Notes: a model not told the origin generated them from the letters alone. 64,000 bases of DNA from an uncultured Chloroflexia bacterium (GCA_963827475.1 CAWHAZ010000001.1:1-64000), one strand, 5' to 3'; shown: positions 49,633 to 63,360, numbered from the stretch's first letter. Program-made: numbers and translations.

Positions 49633-50828
49633 TTGACCGAACTCGAGCGGATCGGCGTCCTGGGCGCCGGGACGATGGGGGCGGGGATCGCCCAGGTCGC
49701 GGCCGAGGCCGGGCTCGAGGTTCGGCTGCTGGATCCCGTGGACGGGGCGTACGAGCGGGCGCGCGACCGGATCGGCGGCTTCCTCGAACGGAAGGTGGCC
49801 AAGGGCCAGCTCCACGCCGGGGCCGCGGACGAAGTCATGACCCGCATCTCGCGAGGCGGGCTCGGTGGCCGACCTGGCGGCCACCGGATTCGTGATCGAG
49901 GCCATCCCGGAGGACCTCGACCTCAAGCGCGACGCATTCCGCCGGCTCTCGGCGGCCGCGCCGTCGGGCGCGGTCCTCGCCACCAACACCTCGTCCCTCT
50001 CGGTGGAGCAGATCGCGGTGGCCGCCGCGCAGCCCGAACGGGTGGTTGGCATGCATTTCTTCAACCCCGTGCCGCTCATGGCCCTGGTCGAGGTCATCGC
50101 CGCGCCCCGGACCGATCCGGGGGTGGTCGCGGCCACGACCTCCCTCGCCGAGCGGCTGGGCAAGACCCCGGTCGAGGCCGCGGACACGCCCGGGTTCATC
50201 GTGAACCGGGTGGCCCGCCCGTTCTACCTCGAGTCGCTGCGGATCCTGGGCGAGGGCGCGGCCGACGCCCCGACGATTGATGCGGCGCTGCGCGACGCCG
50301 GCTTCCGGATGGGGCCGTTCGAGCTGATCGACACCATCGGCCTGGACGTCAACCTCGCGGTCAGCCACAGCGTGTGGACCGGGTTCGACCGCGCCCCGCG
50401 GTACGCGCCGCATGCCCTCCAGGCGGTGCTGGTCGACGCCGGGCGGCTCGGTCGGAAGACCGGCGCCGGGTTCTACGACTGGTCGACCGATGGGGAACGC
50501 GGCGCCCCGTGGTCGGGGCTGCCGGCGGTTGCCACCGGGGCGAGCGCGCTCTCGGGGGATGCGATCACGGACCGGGTGCTGGCCACGATCGTGAACGAGG
50601 CCGCGTCCGCGGTGGAGGATCGGACCGCCCGTCCGGAGGCCATCGACACCGCCATGCGGCTGGGGACCAACTGGCCCCAGGGTCCGCTCGCCTGGGGCGA
50701 GGAACGGGGCCTGCGAGGGCGCGGTCGAGACGCTGGACGCCCTGGCGGCCACCGCGCCCGATGCCCGCTACGCGGTCGTGCCGCTCCTGCGCTCGCTGGC
50801 GGGGAGTGGCGGCTCGTTCTTCTCGTGA
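49633..50828 (+). CDS. 3-hydroxyacyl-CoA dehydrogenase (PaaH-like), frameshifted
   Basis: GAGTMGAGIA, ATNTSSL, GMHFFNP, PGFIVNR, MGPFEL. Confidence 0.9.
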
Positions 50829-51475
50829 GCGCCGCGCCCCCGCATCGGTATCAGGCGGTCGTCTTCGACATGGACGGGCTGCTGCTCGACACCGAGGTCG
50901 TCTGGCAGGAGGCGGAGGAGCGGCTGTTCGCGGCCCACGGCGAGGTCTTCACCCGCGAGGACAAGCTGGCCGTGATCGGGACCGATTTCGCGTGGACCGC
51001 GCGCTACTTCGCCGAGCGGCTCGGCAAGCCTCCGGACGAGGGCCCGGCGCTCATCGAGGAGATGGTGCTGTCGATGTACGACCTGCTCCAGCAGGACGTG
51101 GCCGGCCGCCCGGGCGCCCTCGAGCTGGTCGCCCGCCTTCGTGGCCGGCTGCCGCTGGCCCTCGCGTCCAATTCGCCGCGAAAGCTGGTGGACGCCGCGC
51201 TGGGATCGGCCCGCCTGACCGAGGCGTTCGATGTGATCGTGACCTCGGACGACGTGGCCAGCTCCAAGCCGGCTCCTGACATCTACCTCCTCGTCTGCGA
51301 GCGGCTGGGTGTGGCGCCGGCGGACGTCCTTGCCCTGGAGGATTCGTCCGCCGGGGTGGCGTCGGCCAAAGCGGCCGGGCTGGCCTGCATCGCGGTCCCC
51401 CAGTTCGCCGAGACCGATGTCGCCGCCGCCGACCGGATCATCGACTCGCTCGAGGAGCTCCTCCCCGAGTTCTAG
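50825..51475 (+). CDS. HAD-family phosphatase
   Basis: FDMDGLLLDTE, ASNS, KPAPD, EDS. Confidence 0.93.
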   Translation: MSAAPPHRYQAVVFDMDGLLLDTEVVWQEAEERLFAAHGEVFTREDKLAVIGTDFAWTARYFAERLGKPPDEGPALIEEMVLSMYDLLQQDVAGRPGALELVARLRGRLPLALASNSPRKLVDAALGSARLTEAFDVIVTSDDVASSKPAPDIYLLVCERLGVAPADVLALEDSSAGVASAKAAGLACIAVPQFAETDVAAADRIIDSLEELLPEF

Positions 51476-51513
51476 CAGCGGCCCTTGGGGAGGAGCCGCT
51501 GTCGTTCCGAGGC

Positions 51514-51600
51514 TTCGTGATAACCGCGGACGGATTTCGCTCCAGTTGCCCACTTCGTGGTAGGCGAGCTTGATGAGCGCGATTACCGCGTTACCACGAA
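51514..51600. repeat. REP-like nested inverted repeat (TTCGTGRTA x3)
   Basis: TTCGTGATA 51514, TTCGTGGTA 51554, TACCACGAA 51592-51600. Confidence 0.5.
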
Positions 51601-51669
51601 TGCGAACGAGCGCGCGAGCTACCCCGGGATCGTCGCGGTCGTGAGCGCGAGCCGCGTTAGGCTTGGGTC

Positions 51670-51897
51670 ATGTGTCGATCCATCCACGTCCTGCGCGAAG
51701 GCGCCGAGGTCGCGCCCGACGATGACATCACCGCCGCCGCGCTCCAGTACGTCCGCAAGGTGAGCGGCTACCGCAAGCCGTCCGCCGCCAACGAGGCCGC
51801 CTTCAACGAGGCGGTCGCGGAAGTGGCTCTCGCCTCACGCCACCTGCTCGACCACGTAGCGTCGACCCACCCCGCCGCCCACCGCCACCCCCACTGA
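51670..51897 (+). CDS. DUF2277 protein
   Basis: MCRSI...AAALQYVRKVSGY..PS.ANE.AF. Confidence 0.9.
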   Translation: MCRSIHVLREGAEVAPDDDITAAALQYVRKVSGYRKPSAANEAAFNEAVAEVALASRHLLDHVASTHPAAHRHPH

Positions 51898-51900
51898 CGG

Positions 51901-52720
51901 TCAGGCGTTGCGCCGCGCCAGGCGGAACGCGATCAGGGTCAGGGTCACCGTCCCGATCATGAGCAGGGTGGCGCCCGCGATGAGGATGGGGAGCTGGCCC
52001 GCGAACCGCATCCGGCCGTAGAGCAGGATCGGGAACGTGGCATCGCCCCCGGCCAGGAACAGGGCGATGGCGATCTCGTCGAACGAGACGATGAAGCAGG
52101 TCAGCCACGCGGACAGGAGCGACGGGCCCATCAGCGGCAGCACGATCCGCCGCAGCGTGGATCGGTAGGTCGCGCCCAGGTCCATGGCCGCGTCCTCGAG
52201 GTTGGCATCGAGCCCGACCATCCGCGCCAGCAGGATGAGCAGGGCAAACGGGAGCGCCACGATCGAGTGGCCGATGGCGATGGTGAGCAGCGAGCGCGGG
52301 ACGTCGACGAAGATGAACAGCAGGAACAGCGACACGCCCAGCACGATGAACGGGACGATCAGCGGCAGCGCCGACAGGCCGACCAGGGTGGCCCGTCCGC
52401 GGTAGCGGAACCGGACGGTCGCCACGCTCACCCCGAAGCCGAGGGCGGTGGCCAGGGTCGCGGCCAGGACGCCGACGATCAGCGAGTTGCGGGCCGACTC
52501 GATCATGACCTCGTCGGAGACGACGGCCCGGTACCAGTCCAGCGTCGGGAAACCTTCGATCGGGAAGATGAGGAAGGTGTTCGCGCTGAGCGAGAACAGC
52601 GAGCAGGAGGGCGATCGGCAGGTACAGCAGGAAGAGCATCACGAAGAACGTGGCCCGCAGCGGCACCCGGGTCCGTCCGATGCCGGCTCCCGTCGCCCGG
52701 GCACCCGTCGCGACGGTCAT
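51901..52720 (-). CDS. Polyamine ABC permease (PotC-like), frameshifted
   Basis: FLYLPI, LEDAAMDLGA, SFDE. Confidence 0.9.
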
Positions 52721-53579
52721 GCCGCCACCCGCCGCACATCGACCAGGCGCAGGGCGACGACCACCAGGACCAGGGTGACGACGAGCATGATCACCGACAG
52801 CGCGGCGCCGATGGCCCAGCTCCCGGCGCTGCTGAAGAACTCCTGGATGAGGTTCCCGTACATGATCCCCTCGGTCCCGCCGACCAGCGACGGGGTGACG
52901 TACTCACCCACGGTCGGGATGAACACCATGAAGAACGCGGCCAGCGCGCCGGGCAGGCTCAAGGGGACGGTGACCCGCGCGAACCGGCTCCACGGGCCGG
53001 CGCCGAGGTCGGCGGCCGCCTCGAGGTGCCCGCGGTCGATCCGCTGCATGGCGGCGTAGATCGGCAGTGCGGCGAACGGGATCCAGACGTAGGTCAGGGT
53101 GATCATCACCGCCGCGCGTGAGTAGAGGAGCAGGTCCAGCGGCTCGCTGATCAGGCCGATCGTCTCGAGGAACGTGTTGATGGCCCCTTCCTGGCCGAGC
53201 ATCATCCGCCAGGCCATGACCCGCAGCAGGTAGCTGATCGCGAACGGGACGAGGAGCAGCAACAGGTACAGCGGCGCCCGCTCCCGTGCCCGGAACGTGA
53301 GGAAGTAGGCGATCGGGATAGGCGAGCAGGGTCGACGCCGCGGCGATGCCGAGGGCCATGAGGATCGAGACGCCCAGCAGGCGCAGGTACGCCGGAGTCT
53401 CGAGCACGCGCTGGTACTGGAGCAGGGTCGGGTTCCACGGGTCGTCGAAGTCGATCGGCCCCAGCTCCGGGCCGGAACGAGATGGCGACGATCAGGACGA
53501 GGGGCAGGACGAAGAACAGCGCCAGCCAGAGATAGGGAGGGACGGCGAGGAAGCGAAGCGCTCCTCGCCGCCCCAACAT
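52717..53579 (-). CDS. Polyamine ABC permease (PotB-like), frameshifted
   Basis: PYLWLALFFVLP, SYLLRVMAW, LEAAADLGA, GEYVTP. Confidence 0.9.
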
Positions 53580-53620
53580 CGGTCTATGGGCGGGCTAGAC
53601 CGATACCGATTGGCTGACGG

Positions 53621-54698
53621 TCAGTCGGCCTTGACGCGCGTCCACATGGCGGTCCACGCGTCGCGCTGCTCCGGCGTGATGAGCGGGGTGAAGTTCGTGT
53701 TCTCGAGGATCGACGGGTTGTCGAGCCCGAGGACCTCGATGATGAACGGGTCGTCGATGCTCTCCATCACGTCGGCCCGCGGGCAGCCGTAGTAGTAGAG
53801 CGTCACCACGTTCGTGCACGTCAGCTCGGCGAGCTTCTGGTCGAGGAACTCGAGCGCCAGCTCCGGGCTGTCGGTCTCGGCGCTGATGCCGTAGAGGCCG
53901 GCCCACGAGTTCCGGCCCTCCTCGGGAGTGGCGTAGGCCACCGGCGCGCCTTCGGCCAGGGCGAAGGAGAAGCAGCCCTGCCAGGCGTACGCGACCCAGA
54001 TCTCCCCGCTGATGACCTCCGGGCAGAGGTTGTCGTACTCGGAGTCCCAGTAGTGCAGGTTCAGCGGCTTCTGGGCCGTCCACTCGGCCTCGATGTCGGC
54101 CAGCTGCTCGTCGGTGATGGCGGTCTCGTCGTAGCCGTGGATGTAGGACGACACGGTCACCGCAGCCGGCCCGTCATCCCACATCGAGATATGACCGGCG
54201 TAATCCGGGTTGAGCAGGGCGTCCCAGCTGGTCACCTCGGGGACCTGCTCGGTGTTGTACAGGATCGAGGTGTAGCCGACGTCCCACGGAATGAAGTACT
54301 GGACGCCGTCGACCTGCCCCATGGCCTTGTACTCGTCGGACACCGCGTCCCAGTTGGTGAGCTGGCTGGTGTCGATCTCCTGGACCAGGCCCTCGTCGAC
54401 GTAGAACTGCTGCCAGCCGGTGTAGAAGTGGAAGACGTCGGCCTGGCTGCCGCCCTGCATCAGGGTCAGGATGTCGGCGTCGCTCGAGCCGTACTCCCAT
54501 TCGAGGGTGACCTCCGGGTTGGCCTCGGCGAAGTCGGGATAGAAGTCCTCGGTTTCGTAGCCGGACCACTCGAGGACGAGGAGCTCCTGCGGCTCCCCGC
54601 CAATCAGGTTGCAGGCGCTCAACGTCAGGGCGGCGACGGCAGCCGATGGCAATGGCGAATCGCGCGGGCGGCGAGACCGGATGGGGACGGGCGAGCAC
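53621..54698 (-). CDS. Polyamine ABC substrate-binding lipoprotein (PotD/PotF-like), N-terminal frameshift
   Basis: SD AGGAGG, lipobox LSAC, EWSGY, YFIPW, SWDALL, PEEG. Confidence 0.88.
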
Positions 54699-54769
54699 GG
54701 GCAGACCTCCTCCTCGTCCGGCCGAGCGAGGGCTCTCGCCGGTCGTTCGGCCGATGCTACACCCGGGGT

Positions 54770-56237
54770 CTAGTGCTCGAACCGATATCCGAGAAGGCCC
54801 GGAACGCGGGCCAGGGCACGGACCGCGAGGCCCGGTTTGCGGCCGGCGTCCAGGGCGTCGTCGCGGCGAATCAGCGCCTCGCGGATGACGCGGGCACCGA
54901 CGAAGCGGAACGGCTCCGGGGGCAGGATCCGCTGCCGCCGGCCGACAAGCGGGAGGCGGGCCAGCGGGTCACGAGGGTCGTCGACCATCGCGGCCAGGAT
55001 GCGCCCCGCCAGCCGCGCCGGCCCCGCCCCGTTGCCGGCGAAGCCGTACGCGTAGTGCACGCGCCCGCCGCCCCGTGACCCGATCTCCGGGAAGCGGTCG
55101 GCGCTGATGTCGATCGGTCCGCCCCACGCGTCCTCGAACCGCACGCCACGGAGCATGGGGAACAGGTGGTCGAAGTTGGCCACCACCCGGCTCACCGCCC
55201 GTCGGTCGCGGTCGAAGGTGCCCCCGATGCGGCCGTCGAACCCCGCCGCACCGACCCCGCCACCGAACGCGATCCGGCCGTCGCGGGTCGTCCGGAAGTA
55301 GCTCACCGTGAACCGGGTGTCGCTGATGAGCTCGTCCCCGGTCCAGCCCAGCGCCGCCAGCCGATCCGGGATGGGCTCGGTGACGACCATGTAGCTGCCC
55401 CAGGCCAGCAGGTGAAGCCGATGCCCCGGCCACCCCGCCGCCCACGCATTGACCGCCAGCACCGCCTCGTGGGCGAGGACCGATCCGTGATCGGCGATCA
55501 CGCGCACGCTCGGCTGACCCGGGCCGCCACTCCCCGAATGGGTGTCCACCCGGCGGACATGGGTGTTCTCGTGGATGACCACGCCCCGCTCGAGCAGCAC
55601 GCGGCGGAGCCCCCGAGCCAGCCGCGCGGGTTGGATGGAGGCGGCGCTGGGCATGAACTGGCCGTCACGGAACGCCGGCGACGCGCAGACCCGCTGGACC
55701 CGCGCCTCGTCCCAGGTGACCAGCTGCCCGGCGCCGCCGAGGCGGGTGACCGCCTCCACCGACTTCGCGAACCCGCTGTCGACCGCGGGGAAGGCATGGG
55801 CCGCCAGGTAGCCGGCCTTGCGATACCACGCGTCCACCCCGTGCTCCGCGCACCACGCCCCGATGCCATCCACCACTTCGTCGGCTTCGGCGGCGATTTC
55901 GAGCCCGGCCGCGGGGCCGTACCGCTTCACGAGGTACGGGAGCTGCTCCCACCAGCCGTGGACGAAGCCGCCGTTCCGTCCCGACGGCCCGCCGCCGCAG
56001 ATGTCCTGCTCGCAGATCACGATCCGCATGCCCGGATCCCGCTCGGTCAGGAAGTAGGCGGTCCACATCCCGGTGTACCCGCCGCCGACGATCGCCACGT
56101 CCGCGATCTCCTGGCCGCGCAACGGGGGAGCGGGGAGCGCTCCGCCGGCCATCCGCTCTGTGGCCAGCGCCTCGCGCAGCCACCACGCCCGCCGGATTCC
56201 CGGCCGCGGCAGCGGCCAGGGCCGGTCCGATCGTCAC
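54770..56237 (-). CDS. FAD-dependent amine oxidase (PuuB-like)
   Basis: WWLREAL, VGGGYTG, GPSGRNGG, QPARLARGL, GFAGNG. Confidence 0.9.
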
Positions 56238-56721
56238 GTGGACGCGCGACCGGTGCGCGACGGCGGCGTGACCGCCGCCTCGATCGTCGAGATGCGGGCC
56301 AGGATGGCGTCGAGCTTGGCCTGCACCGGGTCCTCCGATTCGGCCGCGTTGGCGGGAACCCGGTAGCCGCGCTCTTGCAGTGCGGCGACCACGTTGCGGT
56401 AGAAGCTGCTCGTCCGGCGAGCCGTGGCGCGAGGCCAGACCTCGAGGAACAGGACGATCACCGCCGCGGTCCAGAGTGCCATGCCGAAGTTGGCGAGCAG
56501 GTCGGCCGCGAGGCTCGCCGGCCAGTGCATCGGCTGGACCAAATACGCCCGCGCCAATGGCAAAGCCGAGCACATGAATCCCCAGCCCAAGCACGAACGT
56601 CGTGATCAGTGCGCGGCGGAGGATCTGATCCTCATTCTTCCAGCCCTGCGCTTCGTCCAGGTGCTCCGCCAGCCAGTTGCAGCTCGTCGTCAGTGAATCG
56701 GTATTCCGGTTCGCCCGCCAT
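56234..56721 (-). CDS. Hypothetical 2-TM membrane protein (frameshifted)
   Basis: SD GGAGG; three frames join into MAGEPEYRFTDDE...ITTFVLGLGIHVLGF...LLANFGMALW... Confidence 0.55.
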
Positions 56722-56776
56722 GTTCCATCACCTCCGGTGTCGTGGCCGGATCGTACGCGGGCGGCATACTGTTGCG

Positions 56777-58011
<1,235 letters not shown>

Positions 58012-58022
58012 AGGAGGGAGAG

Positions 58023-58661
58023 ATGAAGGATCAGATGCGGCGCGGGATCTCGGTGACGGCCGAGGGAGAGGCGAGCGTTGCCCCGGACCTGGCGGTGGTG
58101 TCGTTCGCGGTCACGGGGCAGGGCGCCGAGCTCGGCCCGGCACGCGACGACGTCGTCCGTCGCTCCTCGGTCGTGCTGGCCACGCTTCGGGAGTTGAGCC
58201 TCGCCGACGCGGACCTCAATGCGCCGGACGTGGCGATCCAGCCCGAGTACGACTATCGCAAGGGCCAGAAGCTCGTTGGCTACCGCGTGACCCGGCAGAT
58301 GACGGCCAAGGTCCGCGACCTCGACCAGCTGGGGGAGGTCCTGGACCGCGTGGTGGCCGCCGGCGCGAACGAGGTCCACGGCGCGGAGATGCGCGCGTCG
58401 GACCCGTCGGCCGCGGAGCACGAGGCCCTCGGGAAGGCGGTTGCCGCCGCGCGGGCCAAGGCCAAGGCCCTGGCGACCGCGGCCGGCGTCACGTTGGGAG
58501 CGGTGGTTCGGATCGAGGAGGAGCCGGGGATGGGGGTCGGACCCATGCCACGTGGCCGGGTGATGGCCGCCATGTCCGAGTCCGCCGACGCGCCGACCGA
58601 GGTCGCCACCGGCGACCTGACCGTCACCCGCCGCGTGCGGGTCTGGTTCGCGATCGAGTAG
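58023..58661 (+). CDS. SIMPL (DUF541/BP26) domain protein
   Basis: [32 protein letters not shown]; only fused to the thiolase in the ORF track because of a frameshift. Confidence 0.9.
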   Translation: MKDQMRRGISVTAEGEASVAPDLAVVSFAVTGQGAELGPARDDVVRRSSVVLATLRELSLADADLNAPDVAIQPEYDYRKGQKLVGYRVTRQMTAKVRDLDQLGEVLDRVVAAGANEVHGAEMRASDPSAAEHEALGKAVAAARAKAKALATAAGVTLGAVVRIEEEPGMGVGPMPRGRVMAAMSESADAPTEVATGDLTVTRRVRVWFAIE

Positions 58662-59560
58662 GCGCCCCGACAGGTCTGCCGGCGACGAGTTCGTCGAGGA
58701 TCTGGGGAATGGAGTCCACCGCGAGGGTGAGGTGACCCTGCTCGGGGAGTAGGTGTGGGCACGCGCCACCGCAATGCTCCGCCATCCATGCTCCGTGGCC
58801 GAACGGGACCATCTTGTCGTGACCGCCCTGCCAGATGTGGACCGGAGCGGAGATCGACCCGACGTCGAAACCCCACGCCCTGGTGAAGGCCCAGTCGTCG
58901 TCGACCCACCCCCAGTAGCCCTCGCGGAGTGCCTCCCGGCTCCCGGCTGCCATGTATTCCGCGAACTCTCCGGTCAGCGATCCCCGGTCGACGTCGTCGA
59001 TGAGTCCCCCGAGGGCGTCGGCGACCTCTGGCCCCGTCACGTCGCGCCATTTCGCCCGGTCCCGCTCCGCGGAGCGGATGCTGTTCTGCGGATCGGCGAG
59101 CGTGGCCTGGAACTCCTCGATGTTCTCCGGGCCCATGCCCTCGAACCAGTCGAGGCCCTCGGCCGGGTAGGGCGCGACGCCGCCGATGGTCGCTGCCCCA
59201 GGAAACCGGTCGGGCGCGACCGCCACGCAGGCAATGGCGTGCGGCCCGCCTCCTGACCATCCGAGGACCCATGCCTGCCGAACACCGACTGCGTCGAGAA
59301 CCGCGATGGCATCCGTCACGTTGTCCGCTACCGATCGGCCCTCACGGCGGTCGCTGCTGCCATACCCCGCGCGGCTGAATCCGACCAGCCGCAGCCCTCG
59401 CGCCGCCGCTGCCACATCCCAGGACGGCGGCAGGATCCCGGAGCTGGGAGATCCGTGGTGGTACAGGACCGTCCCCGCAGGTCCGTCGGGATCGCCCCCG
59501 AGAATAGACGTCCAGCCGACGGCCGTCGGGTGTCGGGATGTGGGTGGCTTCGCTGCTCAT
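58624..59560 (-). CDS. Alpha/beta hydrolase (frameshifted)
   Basis: [31 protein letters not shown]. Confidence 0.88.
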
Positions 59561-59569
59561 GGCTCGATG

Positions 59570-60523
59570 ATGCCCTGCCGCGCCGGTGGACCGGGACGCG
59601 CCCGGTCGCGAGCTTCCACGCCAGCAGCCCGGCGCCGGTGGCCCGCCGAGCAGCACGCCCCAGCCCAAAGAGTCTAGCCCGGTGCCCTTCCCCCCCCTTA
59701 ACCCACCCCCCCCCCCCCTCCCCCCCCTCCTCCCCCCCCCGGCCGTTCGAAGTACAGCCACCACATCGTGAACACCATCACGAGCCCGCCGAAGAGGATG
59801 CCCACCAGCTCCGCGGTCAGCCCGGCGACGGTGAGCGAGGTGACCGCCAACGACGCCGACAGAATGGACTCGCCCAGGACGATGATCGTGAACAGGCCGT
59901 AGCGCTCGGTGATGTGCTCGGGATGCCACGGCGTGCGGGCGGCCCGTTGGGCCCAGACGGGCACGACGAGCTCGATCGCGAACAGGCCCATGAACCCGAA
60001 CACGAACCACGGGGGCGCAGCCAGGACGAGAACGACCCAGCCGACCTGGAGGATGGTGATCGCGGTCGCGAAGCGGAGCGCGGCGGGGCGGCTCGGAGGG
60101 TCGTCGCGCGCCACCCGCAGCCACAGGTAGACCTGGGCCAGCCGCATGATCACGTAGCCGGCCAGGACGACTCGCCAGTCGCCCTCCGCGAACGCGCGCA
60201 GGGACCCCGGCCGCGAGGACGAGGGCTCCCGCCAGCTGGACGAAGACCAGCAACCGATACGCGACGTCATCGGTGTCATAGGCCGAGGCGAACCAGGTGA
60301 AGCCGATCCAGGCCCACCAGATGGCGCCGAAGACGAAGACGTACTGGAAGACGGTCCTCCCGATTTCCCCGACGAACAGCCCGTGATGGAGCTCGCTGCT
60401 CACCTGGGCGACGGCGACCACGAAGACGAGATCGAAGAACAGTTCCAGCGGGGTCGCGACCCGATGCGCCTCGTCCGGCGACCGGCCGGTCATCGGCCTG
60501 GCCAGCTGCGCGAGCCGGCTCAT
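59570..60523 (-). CDS. ltrA: Low temperature requirement protein A (LtrA); 3' part corrupted by a poly-C tract
   Basis: ATPLELFFDLVFV, WWAW, HITERYGLFTIIVLGE, WWLYF. Confidence 0.85.
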
Positions 60524-60527
60524 GCGC

Positions 60528-61517
60528 TCAGCCGAGCTTGAGCTGGGGCAGGACCCGCTCCCCGTAGGCGCGGATGAACTCCGACTGGTTGCGCCCGACG
60601 TTGTGGACGTGGACCTCCCAGAAGCCCATGTCCACGAACTCCTGGATGTGGGCCGCGTGCTCGTCGAGATCGGCGGAGATGAGCATCCGGTTGGCGTAGT
60701 TCTCGATCCGCACCAGCTTCGCCATGTTGGCGAAGTCCTCCGGGTTGCGGATGTCCTGCTTGGGGAAGGGCATCCCGCCGTTTGGCCACTCCTTCACCGC
60801 CTGGGTCTCCGCCGCTTCCTGGGTCTCGGCCCACGAGACGTGGATCTGGAGCAGCTTGGGCATGGCGTCGGGGTCCTTGCCTTCCCCGCGGGCCCCCTCC
60901 GCGAACTTGCCCCACAGCATCTCGAGCTTCTCGTCGGCCGCGCCGACGGTGATCATCCCGTCCGCCCATCGGCCGGTCCGCTTGGCGTTGAACGGGCCGG
61001 ACGTGGCGACGTAGATGGGAACCGGCTTGTTCGGCCGGGTGTAGAGCCGGGCGGACTCGAGGGTGAAGTACTCCCCGTCGTGCTTGACCACGTCCCCGGT
61101 GAACAGCTTCGAGATGACCTCGATGGCCTCGAACAGCATGCTGCTCCGCACCCCGATCTCCGGCCACTCCCCGCCGATGACGTGCTCGTTCAGCGCTTCC
61201 CCGGCGCCCAGGCCCAGCCAGAAGCGGCCCGGGTACATCGCGCCCAGGGTTGCGGCCGCATGGGCGATGACCGCGGGGTGGTAGCGGAAGCCCGGGGTGG
61301 TGACCGCCGTCCCGAATGGGAGCGTCGTGCGCTGGCCGAGCGCCCCCATGAACGCCCAGGCGAACGCGGACTGCCCCTGGTCCGGGGTCCACGGATGGAA
61401 GTGCTCGCTGACCATGAAGCCGGCGCTGAAACCGGCGGCCTCGGCCTCCTCCGCCCAGCCCAGCAGCTCGGTCGGATGGAACTGCTCGAGCATGGCCGCG
61501 TAGCCGATCTTCGTCAC
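60528..61517 (-). CDS. F420-dependent LLM oxidoreductase (G6PDH-like, TIGR03557-type)
   Basis: EQFHP, SEHFHPW, GTAVT, LGLGAGEALNE. Confidence 0.92.
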   Translation of the reverse strand: MTKIGYAAMLEQFHPTELLGWAEEAEAAGFSAGFMVSEHFHPWTPDQGQSAFAWAFMGALGQRTTLPFGTAVTTPGFRYHPAVIAHAAATLGAMYPGRFWLGLGAGEALNEHVIGGEWPEIGVRSSMLFEAIEVISKLFTGDVVKHDGEYFTLESARLYTRPNKPVPIYVATSGPFNAKRTGRWADGMITVGAADEKLEMLWGKFAEGARGEGKDPDAMPKLLQIHVSWAETQEAAETQAVKEWPNGGMPFPKQDIRNPEDFANMAKLVRIENYANRMLISADLDEHAAHIQEFVDMGFWEVHVHNVGRNQSEFIRAYGERVLPQLKLG

Positions 61518-61541
61518 CTTCGTAGCCTACCCTCTGGACCG

Positions 61542-62062
61542 ATGGACGAACCGATCGACGGACCCCTGCGACTGGACCGATATGCCGGCGCCGCCGACTT
61601 CCTGGCCGCTGCCGGCGGGTGGCTGGAGCAACGCGAGGCCGAGCACAACTTGATCCTGGGCATCGCGTCCACGGTCATCGACCATCCCGACCTGTACGGC
61701 GGGTCGCCATACCTCGCGACCGTGACCGCGGATGGGACGTTCGTAGCGGCCGCTCTCCGGACGCCGCCATGGAACCTCGTCCTGTCCGAGGTGGACGACG
61801 AGCGCGCGCTTGATCTGCTCGTCACGGACCTGGCCGCGATCAAGCCGCCTGGCGTGGTTGGGCGACCGGACGTGGCGACCGGATTCGCGAACCGATGGGT
61901 GGGCGTCCACGGCGGCCGCTGGGAGATCGGCATGGAGGAGCGGCTCTTCGAGCTCAGCGCGGTCATTCCGCCGCGCGAGGTTCCCGGCGCGATGCGGCCC
62001 GCCACGCCTGCTGACCGGGCGCTGCTGGTCGATTGGATCCGGGCGTTCGGCCGCGAGGCATC
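61542..62062 (+). pseudogene. GNAT acetyltransferase, 5' part only (truncated at the junction)
   Basis: WLEQREAEHNLILG, AALRTPP, PGAMRPAT...W..AF; C-terminal GNAT domain missing. Confidence 0.7.
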
Positions 62063-62311
62063 GGCCGGGAGCTCGACGTGCTCGCCGCCGTCGTCTTGGG
62101 CGGCGCAAGCCTTCAAGGCGGCATCGGCACGGTCAGCGGAGCGGTCTTGGGTATCGTGCTGCTGGCGATCCTTCAGAATGGCCTCACGCTGCTTGGCGTG
62201 TCGTCCTACTCTTTCGGGTTTGTCACCGGCATCATCATTCTCGTCAGCGTGAGCGCGACGGCCCTCGCCGCCAAGCGCCAGCAACGAAGGACCATCGGCA
62301 ATGTCGGCTGA
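62057..62311 (+). CDS. Sugar ABC permease, 3' fragment (RbsC-type)
   Basis: GRELDVLAAVVLGGASLQGGIGTV. Confidence 0.85.
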   Translation, partial: GIGRELDVLAAVVLGGASLQGGIGTVSGAVLGIVLLAILQNGLTLLGVSSYSFGFVTGIIILVSVSATALAAKRQQRRTIGNVG

Positions 62312-63360
62312 AGTTACTACCTCCACCTCGTCCCAGGTGACCCGGACGTCCATAGCGGATCTGCTCGGACGGGACCCGACCGTCACGATGCTTAGCGCTT
62401 TGATCTTGCTTGCCGCGATCGTGTTTGGCGCGCTGTCACCGTCGAATTTTCTCTCGGGAGATACCCTCCGCGCCATAGCCTTCCAGATGCCAGAACTCGG
62501 GATCCTGGCGCTTGCCATGATGATCCCGCTGATGAGCGGAGGCCTGAATCTTGCGATCATCGCGACGGCGAACCTTTCCGCACTCGTAATGGCTGCCATC
62601 CTCACCAAGATGTTGGGACCCGACAGCGCGCCCCAGACAGTGGCTGGGGTGATCGTGCTCGCCTTGGGGACGGGACTGGTGACGGCGCTGCTGGTCGGGC
62701 TGATCACGGGGTTGATCGTGGCGTTTTTGGCGTTCATCCCATCTTGGTGACGCTTGGCACAATGACCGCTTTCAAAGGGATCGCGGTCTATGCCACCAGC
62801 GGCGGGGTCATCGGCGGTTTTCCGCCAGCGATCCTGTTTTTGGGCAATGGCACCTTGCTCGGATTTCCAGTGCCGATGCTCATTTTCATCCTCTGCGCCA
62901 TCCTCGTTGCGGTGATCATGAACCATGCTCCCTTCGGCGTATCGGTGCGCATGATCGGTTCAAACGAAAAGGCTACCCGTTATTCGGGCGTGGCCACCGA
63001 ATGGATGCTGGTAGGCGTTTACGTTGTGTCGAGTGCGCTTTGCTGGGTGGCGGCGGTGGTCATGATGGCGCGATTCAACTCCGCGCGTGCCGGTTACGCC
63101 GAATCCTATCTCCTCATCACCATCCTGGCGGCGGTGCTCGGAGGGGTGGATCCCAACGGCGGCTTTGGCAGGGTATTGGGGCTCGTCCTCTCGCTCATTT
63201 TGCTTCAGCTGATCTCGACCGGCTTCAACCTGCTGGGCTTCAGCCCGCACCTGACCCAGGCCATCTGGGGCGCCACGATGATCGTGGCCATCGCCCTCTC
63301 CCTGGTGCGCGACCAGTGGATCGCCCGCCTCTGGCTGAAAAAACGTAGCTGGAGAGTTGA
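62301..63360 (+). CDS. Sugar ABC permease (RbsC-type), frameshifted
   Basis: QMPELGILALAM, GGLNL, VTLGTM, AAVLGG..P.GGFG. Confidence 0.88.

Noticed and set aside
59688-59742. Poly-C/G tract as a G-quadruplex or phase-variation site
   Set aside because: Irregular low-complexity run replacing part of ltrA; looks like a basecalling failure
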